A DNA stretch of 18,086 bases from Calditrichia bacterium (GTDB lineage: Bacteria; Calditrichota; Calditrichia; JAJRVZ01), in contig CAVZSQ010000007.1 in NCBI GenBank assembly GCA_963777955.1, positions 1 to 18,086 on the forward strand, given 5' to 3'. The translations under genes and the position numbers were made by a program. Below the pieces are notes generated by a model. That model was not told where the DNA came from. It made no database searches and worked only from the letters and a program-made list of their open reading frames with translations. Below are positions 1 through 10,313 of the stretch, piece by piece; within the stretch, counting starts at the first letter, position 1, and every line of letters starts with the position of its first letter.

Positions 1-272
1 TTGTCATAAAAACCGAAAATATTCCACTGCTTCTCCGTCGGAGATACAAAGACCGCCTGAATATCGATCTCGGCGGGATCAAAAGGATTATTATAAACAG
101 CGCCATTTAAATTCAGTATTGCTTCGAATTTGGTGTAGAGTGGGATTGAGGTTGAATTTACAGATTTGATCTGTACCTGCGCAAACACGGGTTGATACAG
201 GGAAACTAATAGTAAAAGCAACAGAAATAAACCTGAATGGTTCCAGGATTTCAACCGATCAGTTATAAACAT
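1..272 (-). CDS. N-terminal part of a secreted DUF5060-domain protein (probable glycoside hydrolase-associated N-terminal domain); truncated by the window edge
   Basis: Not in the ORF track; read by hand from ATG at 272: MFITDRLKSWNHSGLFLLLLLLVSLYQPVFA-QVQIKSVNSTSIPLYTKFEAILNLNGAVYNNPFDPAEIDIQAVFVSPTEKQWNIFGFYD. It has a Sec signal ending VFA and the NPFDP..I...F.SP......GFYD pattern typical of DUF5060. An SD-like AGGGGGA lies upstream. Confidence 0.8.
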   Translation of the reverse strand, partial: MFITDRLKSWNHSGLFLLLLLLVSLYQPVFAQVQIKSVNSTSIPLYTKFEAILNLNGAVYNNPFDPAEIDIQAVFVSPTEKQWNIFGFYD

Positions 273-355
273 AAGTTTCCCCCTGAACTAAGATTACGAT
301 GTAGGATCATATTTATAAATATAATTAAAACTCACAGAATTCCTATTCATAATAA

Positions 356-391
356 TAAAAAGAGCCGCGGTTTATAAATAAATCGCGGCTC
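356..391 (-). terminator. Rho-independent terminator after the CBM/T9SS gene
   Basis: Minus strand reads GAGCCGCGATTTAT-TT-ATAAACCGCGGCTC followed by TTTTTATT. This is a GC-rich stem plus U-tract about 22 nt after the stop at 414. Confidence 0.85.
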
Positions 392-413
392 GGTATTCAC
401 TAAATATCACCAA

Positions 414-2953
414 TTATTTAAGCAGTAGCATTTTACCCGTTTTTTCATAGTCGGGAGCAGTCATACGGATAAAATAAACACCGGTACCAACTGCTTTACC
501 GGCATTATCACGGCCGTTCCAGGTTACGGTATATTTTCCACGAACCTTGGATTCATTGACCAGAGTTTTAACTACCTGACCCAGGATATCATAGACTACC
601 AGTTTTACATCGCCGTTCCTGGCAATCTGGTAATTAATCGTGGTGGTCGGGTTGAAGGGATTGGGATAATTCTGACGCAGTTCAGTGGTGAACGGAACGG
701 CATCAAAGTTATCCTCGATCGCTGAGGCCAGCGGTGTGCTGGTGATCATGACCGGAGTCCAGGCTTCGGCGCGCTGCCAGTCGAGGAAATTACCCGGCAC
801 TGCGCCCCAATGGCACTGCAGACTGCGGCTTGAATCTGAAGCGGCAGTCGGATCACTGTCATTCACATCGACTTTCAGCAGCAATTGCATACCGGTAGCC
901 GGTACGAAAACATCGCCGCCAAATTCATTGGCCAGAGAGGTGAAAGGCATCATCAACTCGACCGTATATTTATTTTCGAGTTTATCCACATCATGATCAA
1001 CACCGGTAGCGTCAGTCCATGCTCCGCCGCCATTCTTCTGCAACTGTGAAGCGTAATCCGCAGCATTGATGGAGTAACTTACCCGGAATCCACCTTCGCC
1101 ATTAGTCGTAGCATTGGTACCGAAGAAAGCGACTGCTCAAATCGCTGGCATCGGTCAGCACCGCAAATATGTCGAGGCCATCACCTTCCCATGGCTGACG
1201 GGCACCGTTGGGATCGTCATCGGTCACTTCAATACCGAAATAAAAATTGGCATTATCCATTACACAATAGGCTTCGATATCAAGATCCGTTGATTCTGAC
1301 GTCCATCCGGTGGCATCATTACCGCTTGCTTCTTCCGTAACGAGAGTCGAACGGGTAAAGGTACCGGCCAGTGCCCGGAATTCCTGCAGATCACCATCGA
1401 TGCCAAAATCGGTGAAGTCGGCCAGCAGCGGGATTTCACGCATATAATTCGAGGCACTGCTGATTGGACCGGCATTACTGATGCCATCGCGAACCGGCGT
1501 TTCAATTAATTCACTATTATCGATGGCGGTCAGAGTGACAGTATAGTAATAGCTCTACCTGGCTGCCGTCGACAGTTTCCGGTCTTTCGTGCCAGATCTG
1601 TGTTCCGCGGGGAACCTGCTCGGAAATCAATATTACATCGGCTGCCAGAACATCGGTGATCGGAGCGGATTTGCTCATGTAGATATTATAGGTTTCGCCC
1701 ATATCGGCAGACAGGTCGGTCCATTCGATAATATGTTCATAAATTGGCGTACCGGTAGTGGCATTCAGTACCGTATCCATGGCTACCGCCGTTATAGCCG
1801 GCGATTCCAGTGCAACCGTCACGACCTTGTGGACACCAATAAGTTTAATATTATCGGCATAAAGCGAACCGGTCCAGCCAGTGGCCGAATCAGCAGAATT
1901 GAATTTAACCTCTACCCCGCATTTCACACCGTTACCGACAAGATACAGGGGATCTTCTGCGATGGTTGTCTGAATGTCGAAAGTGAGTGTATTCCAGGCA
2001 CCCAGGGTCAGAGCACTCAGATCGGACCATACAGCATGCCACGCCCAGTTAGTCCTGTCCTGGGCAAAAATCTGTAAACCACCGCCCGTCGGCAAATCAG
2101 CCGGAAGATATACATCCATTTGCAGAGTATGGGCTGTATCTCCTTCGATAATAAAGTTTACACTTTCATTGGCAAAACAAGCATTATGGCCGCCGGCAGC
2201 GCCCAGTGCAGGATTCATTTGCATTTCCAGAACGCCGGTGCTGCCGCCCGTTCCGATCGGATCGGCGATGCGGGTCGGTGAACCAACCCGGGAATCACCC
2301 CAGCCGCTGTTCCAGCCATTGGCACCCAGTGCTTCCACTTCAAAATCGGCCAGTATCTCTTCAGCAGGATTTCTTACACCGCTAAGAGTAATATTATCCG
2401 CAAAAATAGCACCTGTCCATACGGTACCATCAGCAAAATAAAACTCAATTCCTGCCTGCAGACCGTCTGATATATCTCTGCCGGCCGCGACACGTGAAGC
2501 GATATCGAAACTCACCGTGGTCCAATCACCCAGATTCAAATTCGCACCGCCATAGGTATCGGACTCCCAGGCCCAATTTACACGATCCTGGCCGAATACC
2601 TGAAGATTCCCATCAGACGGAAAATCTGACGGCACCCAGACATCAAATGTCATGGTAGTTGCAGTATCGCCATTCACGATTACTGACAAATTTCCATTGG
2701 AAAATGCCGCCTTGTGGTCTCCGCTGGCACCCAGCGAAGCATCGATGGACATCTTCAAGGCACCAGCCGATAAACCACTGGTATCAGCAGCCCAAACCTG
2801 ATTTCCAACCTTGGAACCGCCCCAGCCGCTGCTCCAGGCTCCAACACCCTGAGCCTGCGATTCAAAGTTCTGGACAACCCATTTGTCTGCGGCAAAGGCG
2901 GACCCGATCATAAAAAATACTAAAACCAGTAAAATCGTTATCTGTCTGAACAT
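414..2953 (-). CDS. Secreted multi-module carbohydrate-binding protein (~845 aa): 2 tandem beta-jelly-roll CBM-like modules, an Fn3-like linker, a CBM9/DOMON-like domain and a T9SS type A/FlgD-Ig C-terminal domain; split by 2 frameshifts (~1552, ~1127)
   Basis: Joins ORFs 1517..2953, 1102..1443 and 414..1043. The junctions read QVE/YYYTVTLTAIDNSELIETPVRDG...MREIP and SSR/FFGTNATTNGEGGFRVSYSINAADYASQLQKNGG. Signal peptide ends AFA; SD AAGGAGA. CBM9-like motifs: IDGDLQEF, FYFGIEVTDDD, YTVELMMPF, DVNDSD. C-terminal domain: QNYPNPFNPTTTINY...GVYFIRM...KMLLLK. Confidence 0.8.
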
Positions 2954-3099
2954 ACAAATCTCCTTCTTGTTGTGTTAAACCATCCAATTAATGAATACCT
3001 ATGCTATGTCTTCAATTTGTTCTGAAATTTCACCCCCTTTCATACTTTTAAGGTTGATTTAAAAACAGATTATATCTATTCCCGACTCTACTCAATCAT

Positions 3100-4119
3100 T
3101 TATTGTTTCTCTACTCTGGCTACCTTTGGATTCATTACCGATTCCCGTTCGATCAGTTTGACCGGAATAATTGTCGTGACCGGTACCTCTATGCCATCCT
3201 GGATGTATTTTAAAAGCATCCGCACGGCAAAAGAACCCATGACATCCTTGTAAACGTGGATAGTGGTCAGCGGCGGGATGGCGTACCTGGCCATGGCAAT
3301 ATCATCGAAACCCACCACGCTGATATCCTGCGGAATACGCAGGCCAAGGTCAAAAACCGCGCGATAAACATGCATGGCATTTATATCATTGGCTACGAAA
3401 ATAGCCGTGACCTTCTCACTCTGTAATAGTTTTCTGGCCAGCGCATACCCGTCTTCTAATCCGCCACAACATATTATTTTTTCATCTATATCAATTCTGT
3501 GATTCTGCAGTGCTTTCAGGTAACCATCATAACGCTGCTTAAAACTGTTGCGGGACAAATCTCCGGAAATGAAAGCGATGCGCCGGTGACCGGCATCGAT
3601 CAGGTACTTGGTAGCCAGGTAGGCACCCTGATCATTCTCGATGATTATCTTCGAATAGCTGACATTGCTATTCTGCGGATCGACGAACACGATGGGGAGT
3701 TTTACTTTTTTTAATCCGGCAAACAGTTTATTACAGAAAGCGCCCAGTAAAATAATCCCATCCACATTGTTTTCATGAACCATTTTAGGCAGGAAAAACC
3801 TGGAATTATTTCCTACGGTGGTCAGTACCAGATTATAATTGTTGATATTCAGTTCGCGCTCGATACTCTCCAGCACGCAGGAATAAAAAGGATTGGTCGA
3901 AAGTGAATTTTCCTCGCGGCTGAAAATAATACCGATGTTTTCTTTTGTCTTGCCTTTGTGAGTTCCATGAGATTTCAGCGGATAGTAATGATGCTGTCTG
4001 GCGATACGGATAATATCCCGGCGGGTCGTCTCACTGATGTCCAGGCGGTTATTCAGCGCTTTGGAGACCGTTGACGGCGCCACTTTGGCTAATTTCGCTA
4101 TTTCTTTTATCCTGATCAT
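3100..4119 (-). CDS. LacI/GalR-family transcriptional regulator
   Basis: N-terminal HTH IKEIAKLAKVAPSTVSKALN. Periplasmic-binding-protein-like effector domain with GHRRIAFI, AIFVAND, IPQDISVVGFDD, PPLTTI and LIERES. Intact, 339 aa. Confidence 0.96.
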   Translation of the reverse strand: MIRIKEIAKLAKVAPSTVSKALNNRLDISETTRRDIIRIARQHHYYPLKSHGTHKGKTKENIGIIFSREENSLSTNPFYSCVLESIERELNINNYNLVLTTVGNNSRFFLPKMVHENNVDGIILLGAFCNKLFAGLKKVKLPIVFVDPQNSNVSYSKIIIENDQGAYLATKYLIDAGHRRIAFISGDLSRNSFKQRYDGYLKALQNHRIDIDEKIICCGGLEDGYALARKLLQSEKVTAIFVANDINAMHVYRAVFDLGLRIPQDISVVGFDDIAMARYAIPPLTTIHVYKDVMGSFAVRMLLKYIQDGIEVPVTTIIPVKLIERESVMNPKVARVEKQ

Positions 4120-4147
4120 TGTTTTAAAATATTTGAGTTATATACCT

Positions 4148-5605
4148 TTAGTTCAAACTCAATCTATCATAATATTCATGGATGACCTGTATATGTTTCG
4201 TAATGGCCTGACTTTGCCGCAGATCCTGCAGGGTATCGTTTAACAGTGCAATTTTTTTCTGATTCAAAATCATTTGTCCGATCGTTGCCCGCAGGTCCTG
4301 CCCGGGTGGATTAACGGAAGTCGCGACCTGATTTTTTTGAACATATGCATTAATATCCTGATCGGTTACCGTGACGTTACGCAGCAGATCAGACTTGTAA
4401 TCTGATTGTAAATTATAGCTGGCGAAGAGATCCGTTTTGATCTTTACCTGCGGATCTTTCCGATCCAATTGCATTTTTCGAGCTTCTTCGGTCAGAACGA
4501 AGTCACGCATGGCATAATCGAGGGTGGTTTTCAGACTCCGCTGCATAGCCTGGTACGGGATATAATTTAACATCCCGGCAAACCTGGCCATGGTCAGATC
4601 CTGTCCATCAATAGTCGCCAGAACCTCATTCCGGTAATCCCAGATATTATCCTCAACTTTTTTCAGTTCCTGCGCCGTGAGTTGCTGTTCATTCATTTGA
4701 TCGAAGGCTTTGGGTTCGCGGGTCAGGATCAGACGCAACTGCTCACCGACCTGCTGCAACCGTTGCGGATTAATCTGAATCTTGACGTTTTTCATCAGGG
4801 TAGTAATATAATCATAGGCGATTTTCTCGCCTTTTTTGTATTCCACCATCTGCTGTGTTTTGGCATAATGACTCAGATAATCATCCTGGCTGATCAGCGG
4901 ATCGATTTCGAAGTTATCCACACAGAGCAGATGATATCCCCAGGTGCTGTGCACCGGTTTACTGATTTGATGGAGCGGCAATCGGAAAGCAGTCATGGCC
5001 AGGTCGTATTCCAGTTGATCCCAGTACAGCCAGCCCAGATCACCCCCGCTCCCTGCCAGAGTCTGTATCAGCGAATGTCATGACGAGCCTGAAAATTCCA
5101 ATCACCCCCCTTGCTCAATAAATTATAAATACTTTCGGCGGTCGTACTATCCGGATAAAACAGGTGTCTGATCTTTCGTTTTTGCCGGGTAAAAGCATAG
5201 ATCTCTTTTATTTCAGTTGAATCAAGAGAAATTCGCGGCTGGATTACATATTTATAATGAGCATCGCGTAAACATTTATCCCGGTACGCCTCCAACCGCA
5301 ACTGAAAGCGTTCCTGATCGGCCATTCCTTCTTTCCTGGCTTGTTCCGCAAGTAAGTACTGATCGATCAGTTCGTCCAAAAACTTTTCCCTTATTTCGGC
5401 AGAGTCATAAGCCCGGGGTTGTTTAAGCACTTGCAAGTATGCCTCTTTGTATTGATCCAGAGTAATTTTATGACTGCCCACAGTTGCCACCGTGCTTTGA
5501 TCACCGGAACAACTGCTAATGAATTATGATTCCTATCCCGCTAAAAAGGACAGATATCAAATTTGAAAAATTATTTGTTCGAACTAATCTGATACTGCAC
5601 ATCAT
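4148..5605 (-). CDS. Parvulin (PpiC/rotamase)-type peptidyl-prolyl isomerase, PrsA/SurA-like lipoprotein (~485 aa); split by frameshifts (~5523 and ~5060-5085)
   Basis: Its ATG overlaps the upstream stop (ATGA, 5602-5605). Rejoined N-terminus MMCSIRLVRTNNFSNLISVLFSGIGII/FISSC-SGDQSTVATVGSHKIT has a lipobox-like ISSC. SurA-N-like segment FLDELIDQYLLAEQARKEG. Rotamase motifs KIRHLF, GSGGDLGWLYWDQLE..LAMTAFRL..HQISKPVHSTWGYHLL. Confidence 0.8.
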
Positions 5606-8600
5606 TTAATAATTAAAATTCTTCCTACTTTTTCCCCGATCCCCTTTGCTTCAACGTGATAAACATAAACACCATAGGCAATTTCCATATTATCTTTGGA
5701 GAGCAGATCCCATTCTTCGGCGCCATCGGTCATGTTTGAGTTATGCTCAAGTTTCCTGACCAGAGTCCCATCGATGGAATAAATCCGAATGGTGCAGCGC
5801 TGCGGCAGATGAATGAACTGGATCAAGCGGGGTCCCCGGCCGCTGCTGTATGGATTTTCTGATTCCCACTCGGCGGTGACCACATAGGGATTGGGCACTA
5901 CTTTGATTCTGTCCATATTCTGCCCGGCGAGATCTGTGCTGATTTTACCAGAGGTGGTGATAAAACGATAGCGCGTATCGCCATTAAAGGGAAAATCATA
6001 ATAGAGATTCAGTGTATCCCCTGTCCCCAGCATATGGCCATATATCCTGTAGAAACTTGTATCATTCAGACTCTCATTGGTCAGACTCATGGTCACATAA
6101 GTTGAATCATTTGGCATTTTTTCTACAAAAATTAATCTGGTCTTTGGCTGAGAAATAGCCGGGACTGACCACATCTGTATTGATAGTCCGGTCGACAAAA
6201 CCGAATTTAACCGGATCACCGCTTTGACTGTCAAATATTTCAAAATTAACATTTACTGGCCGGTACAGTTGAGGTCTGCCGGTGGTTCTGTTAATTACAT
6301 AGACCGAATCAGACATACCTATGATTTGATCATAAAATCGTATTTGTAACTGGCGTGGATAAAATACACCAGGATAGAATCTGGGATTGTCAAAGTTGGA
6401 ATAAATCAATTGGTAGGCAGTTTCATAGTCCAGACCTGCACTCCAGTGAATTCCATCGAAGATATTCAACTCGGGTGCATTGATGACAGCCGGTGCCGGA
6501 TTATAGACATAAAACTGCAGACCATTTATAATCGTTGTGAAGGTACGGGAATTACCATCATTATCATCATAAATATCGCGGATCATAGCCAGGGTATCCC
6601 CGATCCTTCCGTAATCATAGAACCACACCGTATCGATCACCTGGTCCAGAGTAATATTTTTCAGCAGCAGGCCTGTGGTCAGTGTCGGCAATAATTCATC
6701 ATCATCCAGACCATCTATATTTCCATCCTGGTCATTATCCCGGCCGTCCATCGACTGATCCAGAAATTGAATTTCAAATTCCTGGCCATCAGTTACGGTA
6801 CTGGCATCAAGATAATTCAGCCAGACTTCACCTTCGGTCAAATTGGTTCCCTGCTGGATGGCTTTTTGAGTATAAGTAGGAGCTATATAACCAAGTGTCG
6901 GTGCATTAGGAACTACGGCAACAACATTCAAGCCGGTCCGTATTTCACCGGAAGCATCCAACGTTATGTATTTGTTGGTCTCAGACGGAGAAATATTCTT
7001 CAGGCCATCCCCCTTATCATAAGCAGTCACTGCATAATAGTATCTTTTGCCATTGACCAGCGGCGAATCGACATAAGCATGCACCAGTCCGCTTTCATTG
7101 CCAAGATTGAATTGAACCCCCCGCCCGAAAGTAAGCGGGAAGAAGCCAAAAACACTATCCACTTTATCATAAATAGCCAGTGGTTTAACATACTTAGAAT
7201 AACCATAACCATCTGTAATTTCACCGGCATCGGAAAAGCCGGGATCCTGCGAACGATAGATCTTATACCCTTCGAAATCATTTTGCTTTAAATAACGGTC
7301 AAAACTGTATTCGGCCCGGTCATCCCAGTAGATCGTAACCTTGCGATCGCCGGCCACTGCTTTTAAGGCCGGGAGTTCCGGCGCTATGGCAAAGTTATAG
7401 TTGGCATCATATATATCCTGGACAATATTTTTATTTCTGACAATATCCTGTTCGTCCCAACCATATATCATTGCAACAGAGAAGAATTCTTTTTGTCCCG
7501 TTAAGAGAGGAAAATAACCGCAGGAGAAGATATAATCGGCATCGACATTCTCCAGATGTCCGTCAAAGAATCCCGGCCGGGATACCTGCCAGATATCCTG
7601 ATCATTGGAATAAGTGAGGGTGCCGTATTCATAGAAAATGAAACTGGTCAGACCAATCTGATCCGATTCGTTGACATCAACTTTATCAATATTCGGTTCA
7701 CCCGGTAAATCCCCGCTGCCACCTGTAGGGATACCGTCACCCTCTCCTTCATCCCCGGTCGCCGATTTTCCATCGAGTCCGACATCATCAATCTGTACGT
7801 CCCAGTCCTGATCATTATCAATTCCATCATCACGCCGTTCATCGATCAGCCAGTTGCCGGTACCTTCGCCGCTAATGTAATCCACCGCCAGATAATCTTT
7901 CTTGTTATATACAGGATCACGCACATATAAATAATAATGAACTGAATCGGGTGCAATGGCACCGTCAGACTCATCAATTAATCCGTTCAGGTTATCGTCC
8001 ATACCATTTCGTTCAATTTCAAACAGCGGCGTACCGGCCCGCTTGGGATATTCCATGCCGTTAAATTCGATAACTAGAGTATCCGGCATGGTAGTGACTG
8101 TGCGCTGGTAAGTCTGATAATCGATGAGAACAATGTTTTCACCTACCTGATATGATTTGAAAAAATCTGCAGTCGTAATAAGGTGTCCGCCTCCGGGTGC
8201 ATTGTAACTGTCGCCATCATTATCGATGCCGTCATAGGGATTACCCGGGCTTTCCAGAAAAGCGAATCCTACCCATGGTACCGGTGTGTAACCACTTGTA
8301 CCGACATTATCCCAGTCATAATTCACGGTAAGATCAATTTCACGGTAAAAAGTGGCGCAATCATCATCCCAATCAGTGTGGGCAGTCATCAGCGCACCAA
8401 TGGAGGCGCCTACGTTTAAACCAAAAACCGTCTTGGTCAGATTAAGTTGTCCGATATTCTTAATGTCATAAATCCAGAAGATACAATCTTCCGCGTCTGG
8501 ATTTGCCCATTGCAGGCCGCGTATCTGTTGTTTAAGTCCTAATCCACCCCGGTCCGGCTTGGATGGAATGGGAAGAGGCATATCGTAACCCATGACTTGT

Positions 8601-9201
8601 TTTTTAAATTGATAATCATCCAGTACATAAAAACTTTCCTGATCGGCATTCTTCTGGTCTTTGCCGAAATATCCATTCCAGGCACTGCGCCAGCCGGGAT
8701 CGGAGGCGTCTTCCATCTTGTCAGGCCAGAAAGACGGCCAGGTAAATGGTTCATGACTCATAGCCACGGCATGGTGGGGATCTTCTTCTTTTTGACCATG
8801 TTATAATAACCCGGCAGCGGTTCAAATCCCAGGAAATTACCCAGGGAATCGTGAGCGAACACATTCGCATCCCAGCCCTGGCAGAAAATAACAGGTGTAA
8901 TCGTGACATAGGATGTATCGCTGCTGGTTTGTTCTTCGATTACCCGTAATTCACTACCCACAAAACTGGAAGCATTACCCATCTGGACCATACCGCTGTT
9001 AATCGGCCATTCACCGGCGTAAATCAGACTGTTGTCACCGTTGATGGACCCCATCATACCATGATTATGAAAGGTGACCCGGATCAGGTTTCCGGTATGA
9101 TCATTGCGGGCCCGGTATTTGACATCACCATTGGTATCCTGAGCCTGTACACTCATGATCAATACTGCTATGACTATGACAATTGGCAGACCGACTTTCA
9201 T
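5602..9201 (-). CDS. Large secreted Asp-rich protein (~1200 aa) with DxDxDG Ca-binding-like repeats, an Fn3-like domain and an atypical T9SS-like C-terminal sorting domain; split by 2 frameshifts (~8790, ~6133)
   Basis: Joins ORFs 8758..9201, 6107..8767 and 5602..6252. The junctions read YYNMVK/KEEDPHHAVAMSHEPFTWPSFWPDK and SAKDQI/IFVEKMPNDST. Signal peptide ends VQA; SD AGGAGAG. Asp repeats DGIDNDGD, GMDDNLNG, DGIDNDQD, DGRDNDQDG. Fn3-like LKAVAGDRKVTIYWD...FEGYKIYRS...YYYAVTAYD. C-terminus IKVVPNPY...IRIYSIDGTLV...WDL...GVYVYHV...GRILIIK. Confidence 0.8.
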
Positions 9202-9222
9202 TGTATTATCTCTCCTGATTTT

Positions 9223-10284
9223 TTAAAGAGAAAGAATTAGCGAGAATTTATTCAAATAATCCAGTCGCCCAAAATCGACAGCGGCATAATCGAGACGCAA
9301 CCCGATATTTTGAATCATCAGATTCAGACCAAAGCCGAAGGTCAGACCACCCTCCGCATCTTCCAGGAACAACCGGCGGTAGCCACCGCGCAGAGAGAAC
9401 AGATTATTATATGTATATTCCCCACCGACATTCATATATTCATAATTGTCATTGGGATGGACCACATCACAGGCCAGGATCAGGTCATTTTTCTCCAGTC
9501 CGAAAAAATCACGGGTGAGATTTCCCGAAATTCCCACCCTGAACAGGACCGGCAAACTGAATTCACCGGTTTCCAGTTTTCCGTTAATATTGGAATTGTT
9601 GCCATCGCTGAGGGGATCGATATCGTGTTGAATCAGCAGGTCACTGCCATCCATTTGCATGGTGGTGCCGAAATTGGAGATCGACATACCGATGCGGACA
9701 TTCTTAAAAACCGTGCGATAATTGACCCCTATGTCAGCAGCAAAACCGTTGGCCGTGCAATGCCAGATTTTTTCTCCGATGAATTTAAGGGTTACGCCCA
9801 GATCGAACCGGTCGGTCAGGGTTCGCCCGTAACTGAATCCGGTGCTGAAAGAATAGGCTGTGGCTTTTTCCCCTGTACCTTCCGGCTCCATGACGGTAGT
9901 GCGATCGATATCCGGCATACCCAGGAAAGCAAAATGGAATCCGAATGTTCCCAAAGCACCAAATGATATGGCTGCGCCGGCATAATCATAATAGATGTCG
10001 GCGATGAAATCATAATGACTGACCAAAAACTGGCTGTTGGAGATCTGGGCCAGTCCGGCTGGATTCCAATAAAGAGCGGTTACATCCGAAACCTGGGTGG
10101 AATAGGCTTCGCCCATGGCCAGAGCCCGTCCGCCCACACCGATCTTTAAAAAAGAAGCAGCAGACGTACCCACCAGCGAGACAGACTGGGCGGAGAGGTT
10201 AATTACCGTTAAGCAGATTAAAATGCTGATAAAAAGGATTCCGGTTGATCGGATTCTCTCTTTGCTGGTATCTGAAAAATGCAT
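9223..10284 (-). CDS. PorV/PorQ-family (UPF0164, FadL-like beta-barrel) outer-membrane protein
   Basis: Signature GTSAASFLKIGVGGRALAMGEAY...DVTALYWNPAGLA, LPVLFRVG, GGEYTY...SLRGGY and alternating beta-strands to the C-terminus. The ATG at 10284 has SD GCAGGAG and is preferred over the GTG at 10311. Confidence 0.9.
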   Translation of the reverse strand: MHFSDTSKERIRSTGILFISILICLTVINLSAQSVSLVGTSAASFLKIGVGGRALAMGEAYSTQVSDVTALYWNPAGLAQISNSQFLVSHYDFIADIYYDYAGAAISFGALGTFGFHFAFLGMPDIDRTTVMEPEGTGEKATAYSFSTGFSYGRTLTDRFDLGVTLKFIGEKIWHCTANGFAADIGVNYRTVFKNVRIGMSISNFGTTMQMDGSDLLIQHDIDPLSDGNNSNINGKLETGEFSLPVLFRVGISGNLTRDFFGLEKNDLILACDVVHPNDNYEYMNVGGEYTYNNLFSLRGGYRRLFLEDAEGGLTFGFGLNLMIQNIGLRLDYAAVDFGRLDYLNKFSLILSL

Positions 10285-10313
10285 AATTGACTCCTGCATG
10301 TGCAGCCTCACTT

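Noticed and set aside
8780..8795. Programmed ribosomal frameshift or phase variation at AAAAAG in the cargo gene
   Set aside because: It is one of many scattered indels of both signs. The run is short and no stimulatory structure is evident, so sequencing error is more parsimonious.
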